Source: Myxococcales bacterium (GTDB lineage: Bacteria > Myxococcota_A > Polyangia > Polyangiales > Houyiibacteriaceae). Taken from it: a DNA stretch of 64,000 bases. The position numbers were made by a program, and so were the translations under genes. The notes under the pieces are model-generated. The model had not been told where the DNA came from. It made no database searches and saw nothing but the letters and a program-made list of their open reading frames with translations. The stretch is from assembly GCA_024640845.1 (NCBI GenBank), contig JAHEEE010000004.1:14567-78566 (forward strand), in the 5' to 3' direction. Numbering within the stretch: the stretch's first letter is position 1; each line of letters opens with the position of its first letter. Shown here piece by piece: positions 21,649 to 29,289 of this stretch.

Positions 21649-22847
21649 GCCGGTTTCGGAAGATCGCCGTCGTCGGCGCATCTCTCGCCGGCTTGCGTGC
21701 CGTCGAGTTCATTCGGCGAGCCGACTTTGATGGGCAGCTCATCCTGATCGGCGACGAGCCGCACCTTCCGTACGACCGGCCGCCGCTGTCAAAGGAGGTC
21801 CTTCGCGGGGAGTGGACGCCGGAACGCATTGCGCTCCGCCCAAAGAGCTACGACGACTTGAATGCGGAGCTCGTGCTCGGCAGGCGCGCCGTCGGGCTAC
21901 GAACCGACACTCGCGAGGTTGTCCTCGAGGGCGGCGAGACGGTTCCCTATGAAGGGTTGGTCATTGCGACCGGAGGAAGAGCACGGAGACTCCCGAACCA
22001 GCCGGCGCTCGATGGGGTGTTCACATTGCGGACCCTCGACGACTCGTTGGCGATCCGCGCCGCGCTCGGCGCCAAGCCGCGCGTGGCGGTGATTGGAGCA
22101 GGTTTCATCGGTGCCGAGGTGGCCGCGTCGGCGCGTCAGCTCGGCCTCGATGTCACGATGATCGAGGCGTTGGAGACGCCGCTCGCACGCACGCTCGGCC
22201 CCGAGCTCGGGCGACTATTACAGCAGGTGCATGAACGCAGGGGCGTGCGGGTCCTCTGCGGCAGAACGGTCGAACGTTTCGAGGGCACTCGCACTGTCAC
22301 GGGATTGACGCTCGACGATGGGACGACTGTCGAGTGTGAGCTCGTCGTCGTCGGCATCGGCATGGCCCCTTCGGTTTCTTGGCTCGAGGACTCTGCGGTG
22401 GAGTTGGACGACGGCGTGCGTTGCGACGAGACTCTGGCCGCGAGCGTACCGGGTATCGTGGCCGCGGGCGACGTTGCGAACTGGGAAAACCCGCTCTTCG
22501 AGGAGCGGATGCGCGTCGAGCACTGGACCAACGCCGTCGAACAGGCGCGGCATGCGGTTGGCACATTGCTCGGGGCCTCAGACGAGGCCAAGCCCTTCTC
22601 GTCAGCGCCCATGTTCTGGTCCGATCAATTCGATCTGAGGATTCAGGGCGCGGGCCGCCCTCGACCCACCGACGACCTGACCTTGATCGGACCCACGGAG
22701 GACGACAAGCTCGTGGCCCTCTACGCCCGCGCAGGGAGGCTGGTGGCTGTCGTTGCGTTCAATCGGCCGCCGAAGCTCATCCAGCTCCGAATGCTGATCG
22801 CCAAGCGCGGAAGTTTCGATGAAGCGCTGAAGATCGCAGAGTCTTAG
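21645..22847 (+). CDS. FAD-dependent pyridine-nucleotide-disulfide oxidoreductase (ferredoxin/rubredoxin reductase-like)
   Basis: 400 aa with 'IAVVGASLAG' and 'VAVIGAGFIGAE' dinucleotide folds and a Reductase_C-like tail. Confidence 0.85.
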   Translation: MSRFRKIAVVGASLAGLRAVEFIRRADFDGQLILIGDEPHLPYDRPPLSKEVLRGEWTPERIALRPKSYDDLNAELVLGRRAVGLRTDTREVVLEGGETVPYEGLVIATGGRARRLPNQPALDGVFTLRTLDDSLAIRAALGAKPRVAVIGAGFIGAEVAASARQLGLDVTMIEALETPLARTLGPELGRLLQQVHERRGVRVLCGRTVERFEGTRTVTGLTLDDGTTVECELVVVGIGMAPSVSWLEDSAVELDDGVRCDETLAASVPGIVAAGDVANWENPLFEERMRVEHWTNAVEQARHAVGTLLGASDEAKPFSSAPMFWSDQFDLRIQGAGRPRPTDDLTLIGPTEDDKLVALYARAGRLVAVVAFNRPPKLIQLRMLIAKRGSFDEALKIAES

Positions 22848-23043
22848 CGCTTGTCGATTCGTGAGACCGACGTCGAGCTACCGAGCGGCAATGATCTTTG
22901 CCGGGCCTGGCTCTTCGTCCCGGCGTGCGAAGCGGTGCATGAGCGCCATGATTACGGAGCTCTCGTGCGAGCACATGGAGATCACGGTGGAACCGCATCG
23001 CAGTCGCATCATCGCGTCGACCCTAGAGTTCTTGCAAGTGCAT

Positions 23044-23781
23044 CTAGCGCTGCGAGAGGTCGAGTAGCCACATTGGCTCGACCTCGCTTCGGTGCCGCTC
23101 GACGGCGATGCGGGCGAGGTTCAACCAGCGGCTGCAGTCGTCCAAGATCGCGCTGTCTGCGGTCGCGGCGACGCCATGAGAGCGCTTGAGTGTCTCGTCG
23201 ACGCTATCAGCGGTCTCGGCGCAGAGCCTCGAATTGACCGCTGCGGCGGCCTTCCTTACGATTTCGGCGAGGCGTCCCGAGTTGGAGACCGGGCGGTCGA
23301 TGTAGACGACCGCCTCCGACGGTTGCAGCGAGTCGACGACGGCGACAAGGATTTGCACGGCGCGTTCGGTCTCATGGACGAGACGATAGCTCCCGTGGAA
23401 GCTCGCCATGTCGCGCAAGCATTGATCCCGTCCGAGTAGCAGCACGCCCCCCGCGAGCGCTACTTCGATCGTCGTGATCACATTGAGGCCATCGACGAAC
23501 AAGGGTTTGCCCGCGAGCTCGCCGGTCCGGAGGGCGCGCCTTGCACGTGAGGCCCGCTTGGTGTCCGCACACGCGCACCGTCCGACGGCGACGCGCTGGC
23601 GCTGACGCAACTGATGCCGATCGCCCACGAGCTTGATCGCGGATGGCTCTGCGTAGCCGCGCGTTCGAAGCCAGCTCAAGTCGTCAACCGCCTGTTTCAG
23701 CCGGGGCAGTGCATCGCTCGAAAACAACAGGGTGTCCTCGGGATGCGGACCGCGGTGACGGCGGGAATCCCCCATGCCCAC
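23044..23781 (-). CDS. DUF434-like protein with C-terminal NYN/PIN-like region (function unknown)
   Basis: 'LRTRGYAEPSAIKLVGDRHQLRQRQR' resembles the DUF434 signature as I remember it. 'LFVDGLNVITT' begins a YacP/NYN-like segment. The start is GTG at 23781 or ATG at 23775. Confidence 0.5.
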   Translation of the reverse strand: MGMGDSRRHRGPHPEDTLLFSSDALPRLKQAVDDLSWLRTRGYAEPSAIKLVGDRHQLRQRQRVAVGRCACADTKRASRARRALRTGELAGKPLFVDGLNVITTIEVALAGGVLLLGRDQCLRDMASFHGSYRLVHETERAVQILVAVVDSLQPSEAVVYIDRPVSNSGRLAEIVRKAAAAVNSRLCAETADSVDETLKRSHGVAATADSAILDDCSRWLNLARIAVERHRSEVEPMWLLDLSQR

Positions 23782-23868
23782 GAGCTTAGCCGCTTCAAAA
23801 AGGGGTCTGACCCTTTTTTCTGGCGCGTTGCTCGAGTACGGGGAGGGCGACGTGGCGCCACGTTTGGA

Positions 23869-23881
23869 CGCAAAAAATGCG
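23869..23881. promoter_or_regulatory. Candidate enhancer (UAS) palindrome CGCA-N5-TGCG
   Basis: gaCGCAaaaaaTGCGcat, centred 82 bp upstream of the GG of the 23956 promoter. A degenerate partner CGCAagcatTTCC lies at 23898-23910. Confidence 0.55.
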
Positions 23882-23955
23882 CATAACTTCGTTTATCCGC
23901 AAGCATTTCCTGCCCCTCGGCGAGCGAGTCGAACGTTTCACGGGCTTTCTCGTTG

Positions 23956-23971
23956 TGGCACGCACTTTGCT
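23956..23971 (+). promoter_or_regulatory. Sigma-54 (-24/-12) promoter
   Basis: TGGCACGCACTTTGCT is a full match to TGGCACG-N4-TTGCW. It lies 22 nt upstream of the USP ATG at 23993. Confidence 0.7.
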
Positions 23972-23992
23972 CCAAGAGCTGTTCAGGTTTCG

Positions 23993-24472
23993 ATGAATCT
24001 CATGGGGTCTACCGTTCTTGCAGTCACGGATCTGACATCTGCGAGCTACAAGCTCGTGGGGTTCGCGGCCTTCATTGCGGGGCCGACCGACGGCGAGGTC
24101 GTGCTGGTGTCGACCTATGGCGGGGCTGGTGGGGGGCGACGTTCCGAGCCTCCGCCCAGTGAGCGCCGGAATCCAGATCGCTGGAGGGAAAAGGTCGAGG
24201 CGAGGCTCCGGCAGGAAGGCCAGCTCCTCGAGCGTCAGCGCCAGTGGTGCGCCGACCGCGGTGTGCGGTGCCGTGCCGAGCTCTACGAGGAAGGGCGGTG
24301 GCCCGATTTCGTGCTTCAGAGCGCCGAGCGCTCTCGTGTCGACCTGATTTTGGTGGGTATCCAACTGATGGCGTCCGCCGACCAGATCAGCGCCGCGGAT
24401 CTCAAGCGCCTCGTCGAGGACGCCCCGTGCCCGGTCAGCGTGGTGCGGCTTCCCGGCCTTTTTGCCTTCTGA
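23993..24472 (+). CDS. Universal stress protein (single, divergent USP domain)
   Basis: Starts 'MNLMGSTVLAVTD' and ends with 'VDLILVGIQ...APCPVSVVR', the USP hallmarks. The track ORF start at 23774 is an extension. Confidence 0.6.
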   Translation: MNLMGSTVLAVTDLTSASYKLVGFAAFIAGPTDGEVVLVSTYGGAGGGRRSEPPPSERRNPDRWREKVEARLRQEGQLLERQRQWCADRGVRCRAELYEEGRWPDFVLQSAERSRVDLILVGIQLMASADQISAADLKRLVEDAPCPVSVVRLPGLFAF

Positions 24473-24529
24473 GCGCCGGGGTCGCTTTGCGTGCTTGACA
24501 CCAAGGGCGCAATTTGTGAGCCACACCTC

Positions 24530-25708
24530 ATGGCCGACCCCAGCCTGCTCCCCACACTCCGCCAGTATGTGGGGTTTGACGATGCATCCGCTCAGCGCTT
24601 GCAGAGGCTCGCGCCGCGGATGCGTCGCTTCTACCAGGGCGTCGTGGACCAGTTCTACCAGGCGATTCTCGAAGACCCCGGCGCACGCGCGGTCCTGAAG
24701 AACGAAGCGCAGGTGAGCCGGCTCCAGGTCTCGTTGCGGGACTGGCTCGAAGGCCTGTTGTCTGGGCCCTACGATGAGCAGTACTTCGAGAAGCGCGCGC
24801 GAATCGGCCGCATGCACGTGAAGGTGGGGCTCGAGCAGCGGTACATGCTTTCCGCCATGAATGTGATTCGCGTGGGGTTGCACCGTGGTTTGTCGGAGAT
24901 CTCCACCCCCGGGCCGGCCCAAGTCCTCGATCACCGAGCCATCGACCAGATTTGTGACATCGAGCTCGCGATCATGCTCGAGACCTATCGAGAGGACTAT
25001 GTTCTCAAAAAGACGGCCGAGGCCGAGTCTCTCGCAGTGATGGGCCGGCTCACGGCAGGTTTGGCGCACGAGGTGAGGAATCCTCTCAACGCTGCCAAGC
25101 TTCAACTCGACGTGCTGCGACGCAATGCTGCGGCCGTGCAGGAGGAATCGACTCGACGCAAGATCGAGCGTCGCACCAATCTCGTACAGGACGAGCTTCG
25201 CAGGCTGTCACTCTTGCTAGACGACTTCCTCAACCTCGCGCGCGCGCGCAGACTCGACCCAGTGCGATGTGAAGCTGGTGCGCTACTCACCGAGGTCATC
25301 GAGCTTCGGCGTCCTGAGATCGAGTCGCAGGGTATCGAGTTCATCGACGACATCGACTGCGCCCCCTGTGAGCTCGATGCCGAGCGCGATCGCTTGAAGC
25401 AGGTGGTCAACAACCTGATCACGAACGCGGTCGAAGCCGTGGCCGAAAGCGGCCAACCGCGCATTCAAATCACCAGCCGCGCGGGCGGCGAGCGATGGGA
25501 GGTGGCGGTCATCGACAACGGGCCTGGCATCTCCCCCGAGGTCGGCGCTCGCGCGTTCGAGTCGTTCGTCACCACCAAGGACGCGGGCACGGGTCTCGGC
25601 TTGGCGATCGTCAAGCGAATCATCGATCTGCACGGCGGACGGGCCGCCCTGGCCCCGGAGCCGAGTGGCGGGACCCGCGCATCCTTCTGGATCCCATCCC
25701 GGGGCTAG
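24530..25708 (+). CDS. Globin-coupled sensor histidine kinase
   Basis: The N-terminal protoglobin/GCS domain ('RIGRMHVKVGLEQRYML') holds a candidate proximal His. It is followed by the HisKA H-box 'GLAHEVRNPLN' and HATPase_c motifs 'DNGPGI' and 'GTGLGLAIV'. Confidence 0.85.
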   Translation: MADPSLLPTLRQYVGFDDASAQRLQRLAPRMRRFYQGVVDQFYQAILEDPGARAVLKNEAQVSRLQVSLRDWLEGLLSGPYDEQYFEKRARIGRMHVKVGLEQRYMLSAMNVIRVGLHRGLSEISTPGPAQVLDHRAIDQICDIELAIMLETYREDYVLKKTAEAESLAVMGRLTAGLAHEVRNPLNAAKLQLDVLRRNAAAVQEESTRRKIERRTNLVQDELRRLSLLLDDFLNLARARRLDPVRCEAGALLTEVIELRRPEIESQGIEFIDDIDCAPCELDAERDRLKQVVNNLITNAVEAVAESGQPRIQITSRAGGERWEVAVIDNGPGISPEVGARAFESFVTTKDAGTGLGLAIVKRIIDLHGGRAALAPEPSGGTRASFWIPSRG

Positions 25709-25715
25709 AAGACAA

Positions 25716-27164
25716 CTAGTCGAGAGCGGGCGCTTGGTAACCCCACTCTTTGACGCGGTACTGGATCTTTCGTTGACTGATCCCGAGAATCTCGGCGGCT
25801 CGTGCCGTGGAGCCGTCGACTGCGTCGAGCGTGCGCAGGATCGCGATTCGTTCGAGCTCCGACATCGTGATGCCTGGAATCAGGGCCAAGATCGAACCAT
25901 CCTGCATGTCGCCGTGCGCAGAGGTTGGTAGGTCATCGCGTCGGATCAGATCGCCCTCGCACATGACCACAGCGCGCTCGATCGCATTCTCGAGCTCGCG
26001 CACGTTGCCGGGCCATGGGTAGATCATCAGGTGCTGCAGAGCCTCATCAGTGAGGCCCTTCACCGGCCGATCGTTCTCCTTGGCGTACTTGCGGAGGAAC
26101 CCTTGAGCCAGAAGCGGAATGTCGCTCCGCCGGACGCGGAGCGGTGGAACGTCTAGCTGGACGACCTTGAGCCGGTAGTAGAGGTCCTCTCGAAATCGAC
26201 CCTCATCCACGCGCTGCTTCAGGTTGCGGTTCGTCGCCGCGACTACGCGGACATCTACCTTGAGCGTTTCGTTGCCGCCAACGCGCTCGAACTCTCGCTC
26301 TTGGAGGAAGCGCAGAAGCTTGATCTGCACGCTCGGTGGGATTTCGCTGACTTCGTCCAGGAACAACGTGCCGCCATCGGCCTGTTTGAAGCGACCTTCA
26401 CGTCTACCCGCCGCGCCGGTGAAGGAGCCGCGCTCGTGACCGAACAGCTCCGACTCGAGGAGCGTCTCGCTCAGTGAGGCACAATTGAGCCGAATGAACG
26501 GTTTGTCTTTTCGCTTGGAATTCTGGTGGATCGCGGCCGCGATGAGCTCTTTGCCCGTCCCGGTTTCGCCGTGAATGAGCACCGTTGCGCGGCTCCCAGC
26601 CACCTGGGCGACGTTCTTCATCAGCCGTTGCATCGACGGGTGCTCGCCGATGATATTGCCGAACTGAAAGCGCTCGTCGACGCGCTGGCGAAGCTGGGCG
26701 GCTTCACGGCTAAGTCTCGTTCGCTCGAGCGCGCGGTCGACGATGGCGATGACAGCATCGAGCTCGAGTGGCTTGGTCAGATAGCTTTCCGCTCCGAGCT
26801 TGATCGCTTTGACCGCGGTATCGATCGTCGCGAATGCAGTCATCACGATGAAAGTCGCGTGCGGCGCGATCGGACGCCCCCGCTCGATGAGGGACAGCCC
26901 ATCCATTCCGGGCATCTTGAGATCAGTCAGTACGACGTCGGGGTCGGCTTGCTCCACCTGCAGCAGCGCAGTCCTCCCGTCGGCGGCGGTGCTCACCGAG
27001 TACCCAGCATCGTCGAGTAGCTCCGCGAGCGCGTTCCGCGCATTCGCCTCGTCGTCGACGACGAGGATCTTCCCTTTTCGTCCATCGGAACGCAGCGGGA
27101 GGGTTGTGGTCAGGTCGGATGCTGAGGCTGAGGTTACGCTTGTCATGGTATTTCTGTTCGGCAT
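25716..27164 (-). CDS. Sigma-54-dependent response regulator (NtrC-family bEBP)
   Basis: Has a REC domain ('KILVVDDE...VLTDLKMPGMDG'), an AAA+ domain with 'GETGTGKE' and 'GSFTGA' (a GAFTGA variant), and a C-terminal Fis-type HTH ('AAEILGISQRKIQYRVKEWG'). Confidence 0.93.
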   Translation of the reverse strand: MPNRNTMTSVTSASASDLTTTLPLRSDGRKGKILVVDDEANARNALAELLDDAGYSVSTAADGRTALLQVEQADPDVVLTDLKMPGMDGLSLIERGRPIAPHATFIVMTAFATIDTAVKAIKLGAESYLTKPLELDAVIAIVDRALERTRLSREAAQLRQRVDERFQFGNIIGEHPSMQRLMKNVAQVAGSRATVLIHGETGTGKELIAAAIHQNSKRKDKPFIRLNCASLSETLLESELFGHERGSFTGAAGRREGRFKQADGGTLFLDEVSEIPPSVQIKLLRFLQEREFERVGGNETLKVDVRVVAATNRNLKQRVDEGRFREDLYYRLKVVQLDVPPLRVRRSDIPLLAQGFLRKYAKENDRPVKGLTDEALQHLMIYPWPGNVRELENAIERAVVMCEGDLIRRDDLPTSAHGDMQDGSILALIPGITMSELERIAILRTLDAVDGSTARAAEILGISQRKIQYRVKEWGYQAPALD

Positions 27165-27175
27165 CTAGTTGGTGT

Positions 27176-28603
27176 CTAAGTCGGTGCGGAGGCTCCCTTG
27201 CCCCCCGAAATCTCAGGAGCTCTAGCGGCGGCGAGCTCCATGTACTCGGCGAACGCGTTCTCGAGGTCTTCGACGAATTCGTGGACGTCCGGGAACGATT
27301 CCCAATCCGCGTTGAACCCCCAGTGCAGGCCACCGTTATAGCTGAATAGCGCGATGCCGAGATTCTGGTTCCGCATCAGTGGCACCATCGGAAAAATGGC
27401 TTTCATCGGTGCGCCCAGGAGGTACAGCGGAAGCGGCGGTCCGGGCACGTTGGTGATGACGAGGTTGTAGGTGCGGAGCTGCATCGCAGCCTTGTAGAGC
27501 TCAGAGACGATGCGCTTGGTAGTGAGGTCCGCGATTTCTTCGATGAGCTCGGCGCCACCTGTCTGGTTGGACTCTTTCTTGAGCTTCGTCGTGATCGCGA
27601 TCACCTTCTTCAGCCGCTCGATCGGGTTGGGCTCGGAGATCGGCAAATCAGCGAGCAACATGGCGACGTGGTTGCCGCCGGACGCGCCGCCTACCTTGCG
27701 CGTGTTCACCGGCAGCATCGTTCGGAAGCCTTCGATCGCGTCGACGTCTTCATTGCGACGAATGAGGAAACGGCGGACCGCGCCGGTCGTGGTAGCGACC
27801 ACGACATCATTGATGGTGCCGCCAAGCGTGTTCTTGACCGCTTTGACGTCATCGAGCCGAAGTGACGTCCAGTCGAACCGCCGGTAGGGGCTGATGTCGC
27901 GCTCCGTGAACATGGTCTTGGGGGCCGGAATCATCCCTGACATGAGGAGACGGCGAACGCCTTGGAAGTTGTCGCGAACTCGAGGCATGAAGTGTGTAAG
28001 CTCGCGGATACCTTCCACCCGGTGCTTGAGCTCGGACCGGACGAGCTCGAGACGCCCTGGCGCAGGGCGAGGCTTCCATTCCTTGGGTACTCGCTCCTCT
28101 GCGTTCGGCATGATCTGCAAGAGAGCCTGGAGAAGCTCCACACCCGCGACGCCGTCGACCATGCAGTGGTGCACCTTGACCACGAGCGCAAACCTGTCGT
28201 TCTCGACGCCTTCGACGACCCAAAACTCCCAGAGTGGACGGCTGCGATCGAGATGCTGAGAAAACAGTCTTCCAACCAGCCGCTTCAGCGAACGCTCGTC
28301 GCCTGGCATCGGCAAACGGGTGTGTCGCAAGTGGAAGTGCATGTTGAACCGTTCGTCGTCGACCCACACCGGGTGTTTCAGGCCAGGCACGTACTCCACC
28401 CGCTGCCGGTAACGCGGGATCGAGTCGAGAGCGGCCTCGGTGTACCGCGTGAGTCGCTCGATATCGAGACCGCCATGATCCAACATCAGGGGTTTGGCAT
28501 CGAAGAGGAGGGCAGCGCCAACATGCATCGGCGCCGTCTTCGCTTCGACGTCCAGGAAGGTGGCGTCCAGGGCGCTCAAACGCTCGTGGAATGTATCCGG
28601 CAT
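27176..28603 (-). CDS. Wax ester synthase/diacylglycerol acyltransferase (WS/DGAT)
   Basis: Has the active-site motif 'HHCMVDGVAG' (HHxxxDG) and the N-terminus 'MPDTFHERLSALDATFLDVE'. Its stop is 11 nt upstream of the bEBP start. The track start at 28624 is a TTG lying inside the promoter. Confidence 0.9.
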   Translation of the reverse strand: MPDTFHERLSALDATFLDVEAKTAPMHVGAALLFDAKPLMLDHGGLDIERLTRYTEAALDSIPRYRQRVEYVPGLKHPVWVDDERFNMHFHLRHTRLPMPGDERSLKRLVGRLFSQHLDRSRPLWEFWVVEGVENDRFALVVKVHHCMVDGVAGVELLQALLQIMPNAEERVPKEWKPRPAPGRLELVRSELKHRVEGIRELTHFMPRVRDNFQGVRRLLMSGMIPAPKTMFTERDISPYRRFDWTSLRLDDVKAVKNTLGGTINDVVVATTTGAVRRFLIRRNEDVDAIEGFRTMLPVNTRKVGGASGGNHVAMLLADLPISEPNPIERLKKVIAITTKLKKESNQTGGAELIEEIADLTTKRIVSELYKAAMQLRTYNLVITNVPGPPLPLYLLGAPMKAIFPMVPLMRNQNLGIALFSYNGGLHWGFNADWESFPDVHEFVEDLENAFAEYMELAAARAPEISGGKGASAPT

Positions 28604-28619
28604 GGCAGCGGTCCTATCT

Positions 28620-28635
28620 AGCAAGATGCGAGCCC
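28620..28635 (-). promoter_or_regulatory. Sigma-54 (-24/-12) promoter candidate
   Basis: The minus strand reads GGGCTCGCATCTTGCT. GG-N10-GC spacing is correct, the -12 TTGCT is perfect, and the -24 reads GGGCTCG versus TGGCACG. Confidence 0.55.
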
Positions 28636-28689
28636 ATACGTGTTTCCAACAATATTGCGATTGACAGGTGTTCTCAGGCCCGCGGAGGG

Positions 28690-28732
28690 TGCAAACGATG
28701 CGTATGGCGTTTTAGGAGACGCATAATATGCG
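28690..28732. promoter_or_regulatory. Tandem UAS candidates (TGCA-N5-TGCG and CGCA-N5-TGCG)
   Basis: TGCAaacgaTGCG (28690-28702) and gaCGCAtaataTGCGcc (28720-28732) have centres 30 bp apart. They lie 62 and 92 bp upstream of the minus-strand -24 element. Confidence 0.55.
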
Positions 28733-28786
28733 CCACCCCTCCTCAACACCAGCCCTGTCGCTGAAGATCGGATAAATAGGAGGACG

Positions 28787-29221
28787 ATGTCTCAGCTTCT
28801 GACGCGAGAGTTGATGACCCAGCCGGTGATTACGGTCGGGCCAATGAGCCCTCTTCGTGAAGTGATCAACCTCATGGAGACCCACCGAGTTCGCCACGTA
28901 GCGGTGGTCGAGCCTGATACGGAACGCCTGCTCGGTTTGATTTCGCACCGCGATGTCTTGCGAAGCCAGGAGGGGAGCCTCTCTGGCTCGCCGTCAGAAG
29001 AACAAGTTCACATGAACCGGTGGATCGAAGCACGTTGGGTGATGACGAAAGAAGTGCGCACGGTCTATCCCGAAACACCCGCGCTCGAGGCAGCCCTCAT
29101 GTTGCGGTCACAGGGATATGGATGCGCACCTGTCGTCGAGCATGGTCGCTTGGTTGGCATCTTAACCGAGGCGGATTTCGTGGATTACGCAATTCGAATC
29201 TTGTCTGATCCAGGGGTCTGA
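28787..29221 (+). CDS. CBS-pair domain protein
   Basis: 144 aa with two CBS motifs ('HRVRHVAVV', 'GCAPVVEHGRLVGILTEADF'). An AGGAGG ribosome-binding site lies 5 nt upstream. Confidence 0.85.
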   Translation: MSQLLTRELMTQPVITVGPMSPLREVINLMETHRVRHVAVVEPDTERLLGLISHRDVLRSQEGSLSGSPSEEQVHMNRWIEARWVMTKEVRTVYPETPALEAALMLRSQGYGCAPVVEHGRLVGILTEADFVDYAIRILSDPGV

Positions 29222-29261
29222 TCGCCCGCACTCCTCTCCCGGCAGACCCGAGCTCCAAACC

Positions 29262-29277
29262 TGGCACGGTGCTTGCT
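29262..29277 (+). promoter_or_regulatory. Sigma-54 (-24/-12) promoter
   Basis: TGGCACGGTGCTTGCT is a full consensus match. The ATG of the tandem USP lies only 14 nt after the -12 C. Confidence 0.7.
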
Positions 29278-29289
29278 GCAGTATGGTGC

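Noticed and set aside
23853-23868. TGGCGCCACGTTTGGA as a -24/-12 element (contains the 10-bp palindrome GTGGCGCCAC)
   Set aside because: The -12 reads GG rather than GC. It also lies upstream of the palindromic UAS rather than downstream of it, so it is more likely chance or a different binding site.
29046-29058. CGAAagaagTGCG as the enhancer for the 29262 promoter
   Set aside because: It has one mismatch in the core, lies inside the CBS coding sequence, and has no partner 30 bp away. The enhancer for this promoter therefore remains unidentified. It may use the 28690-28732 pair about 0.5 kb away.
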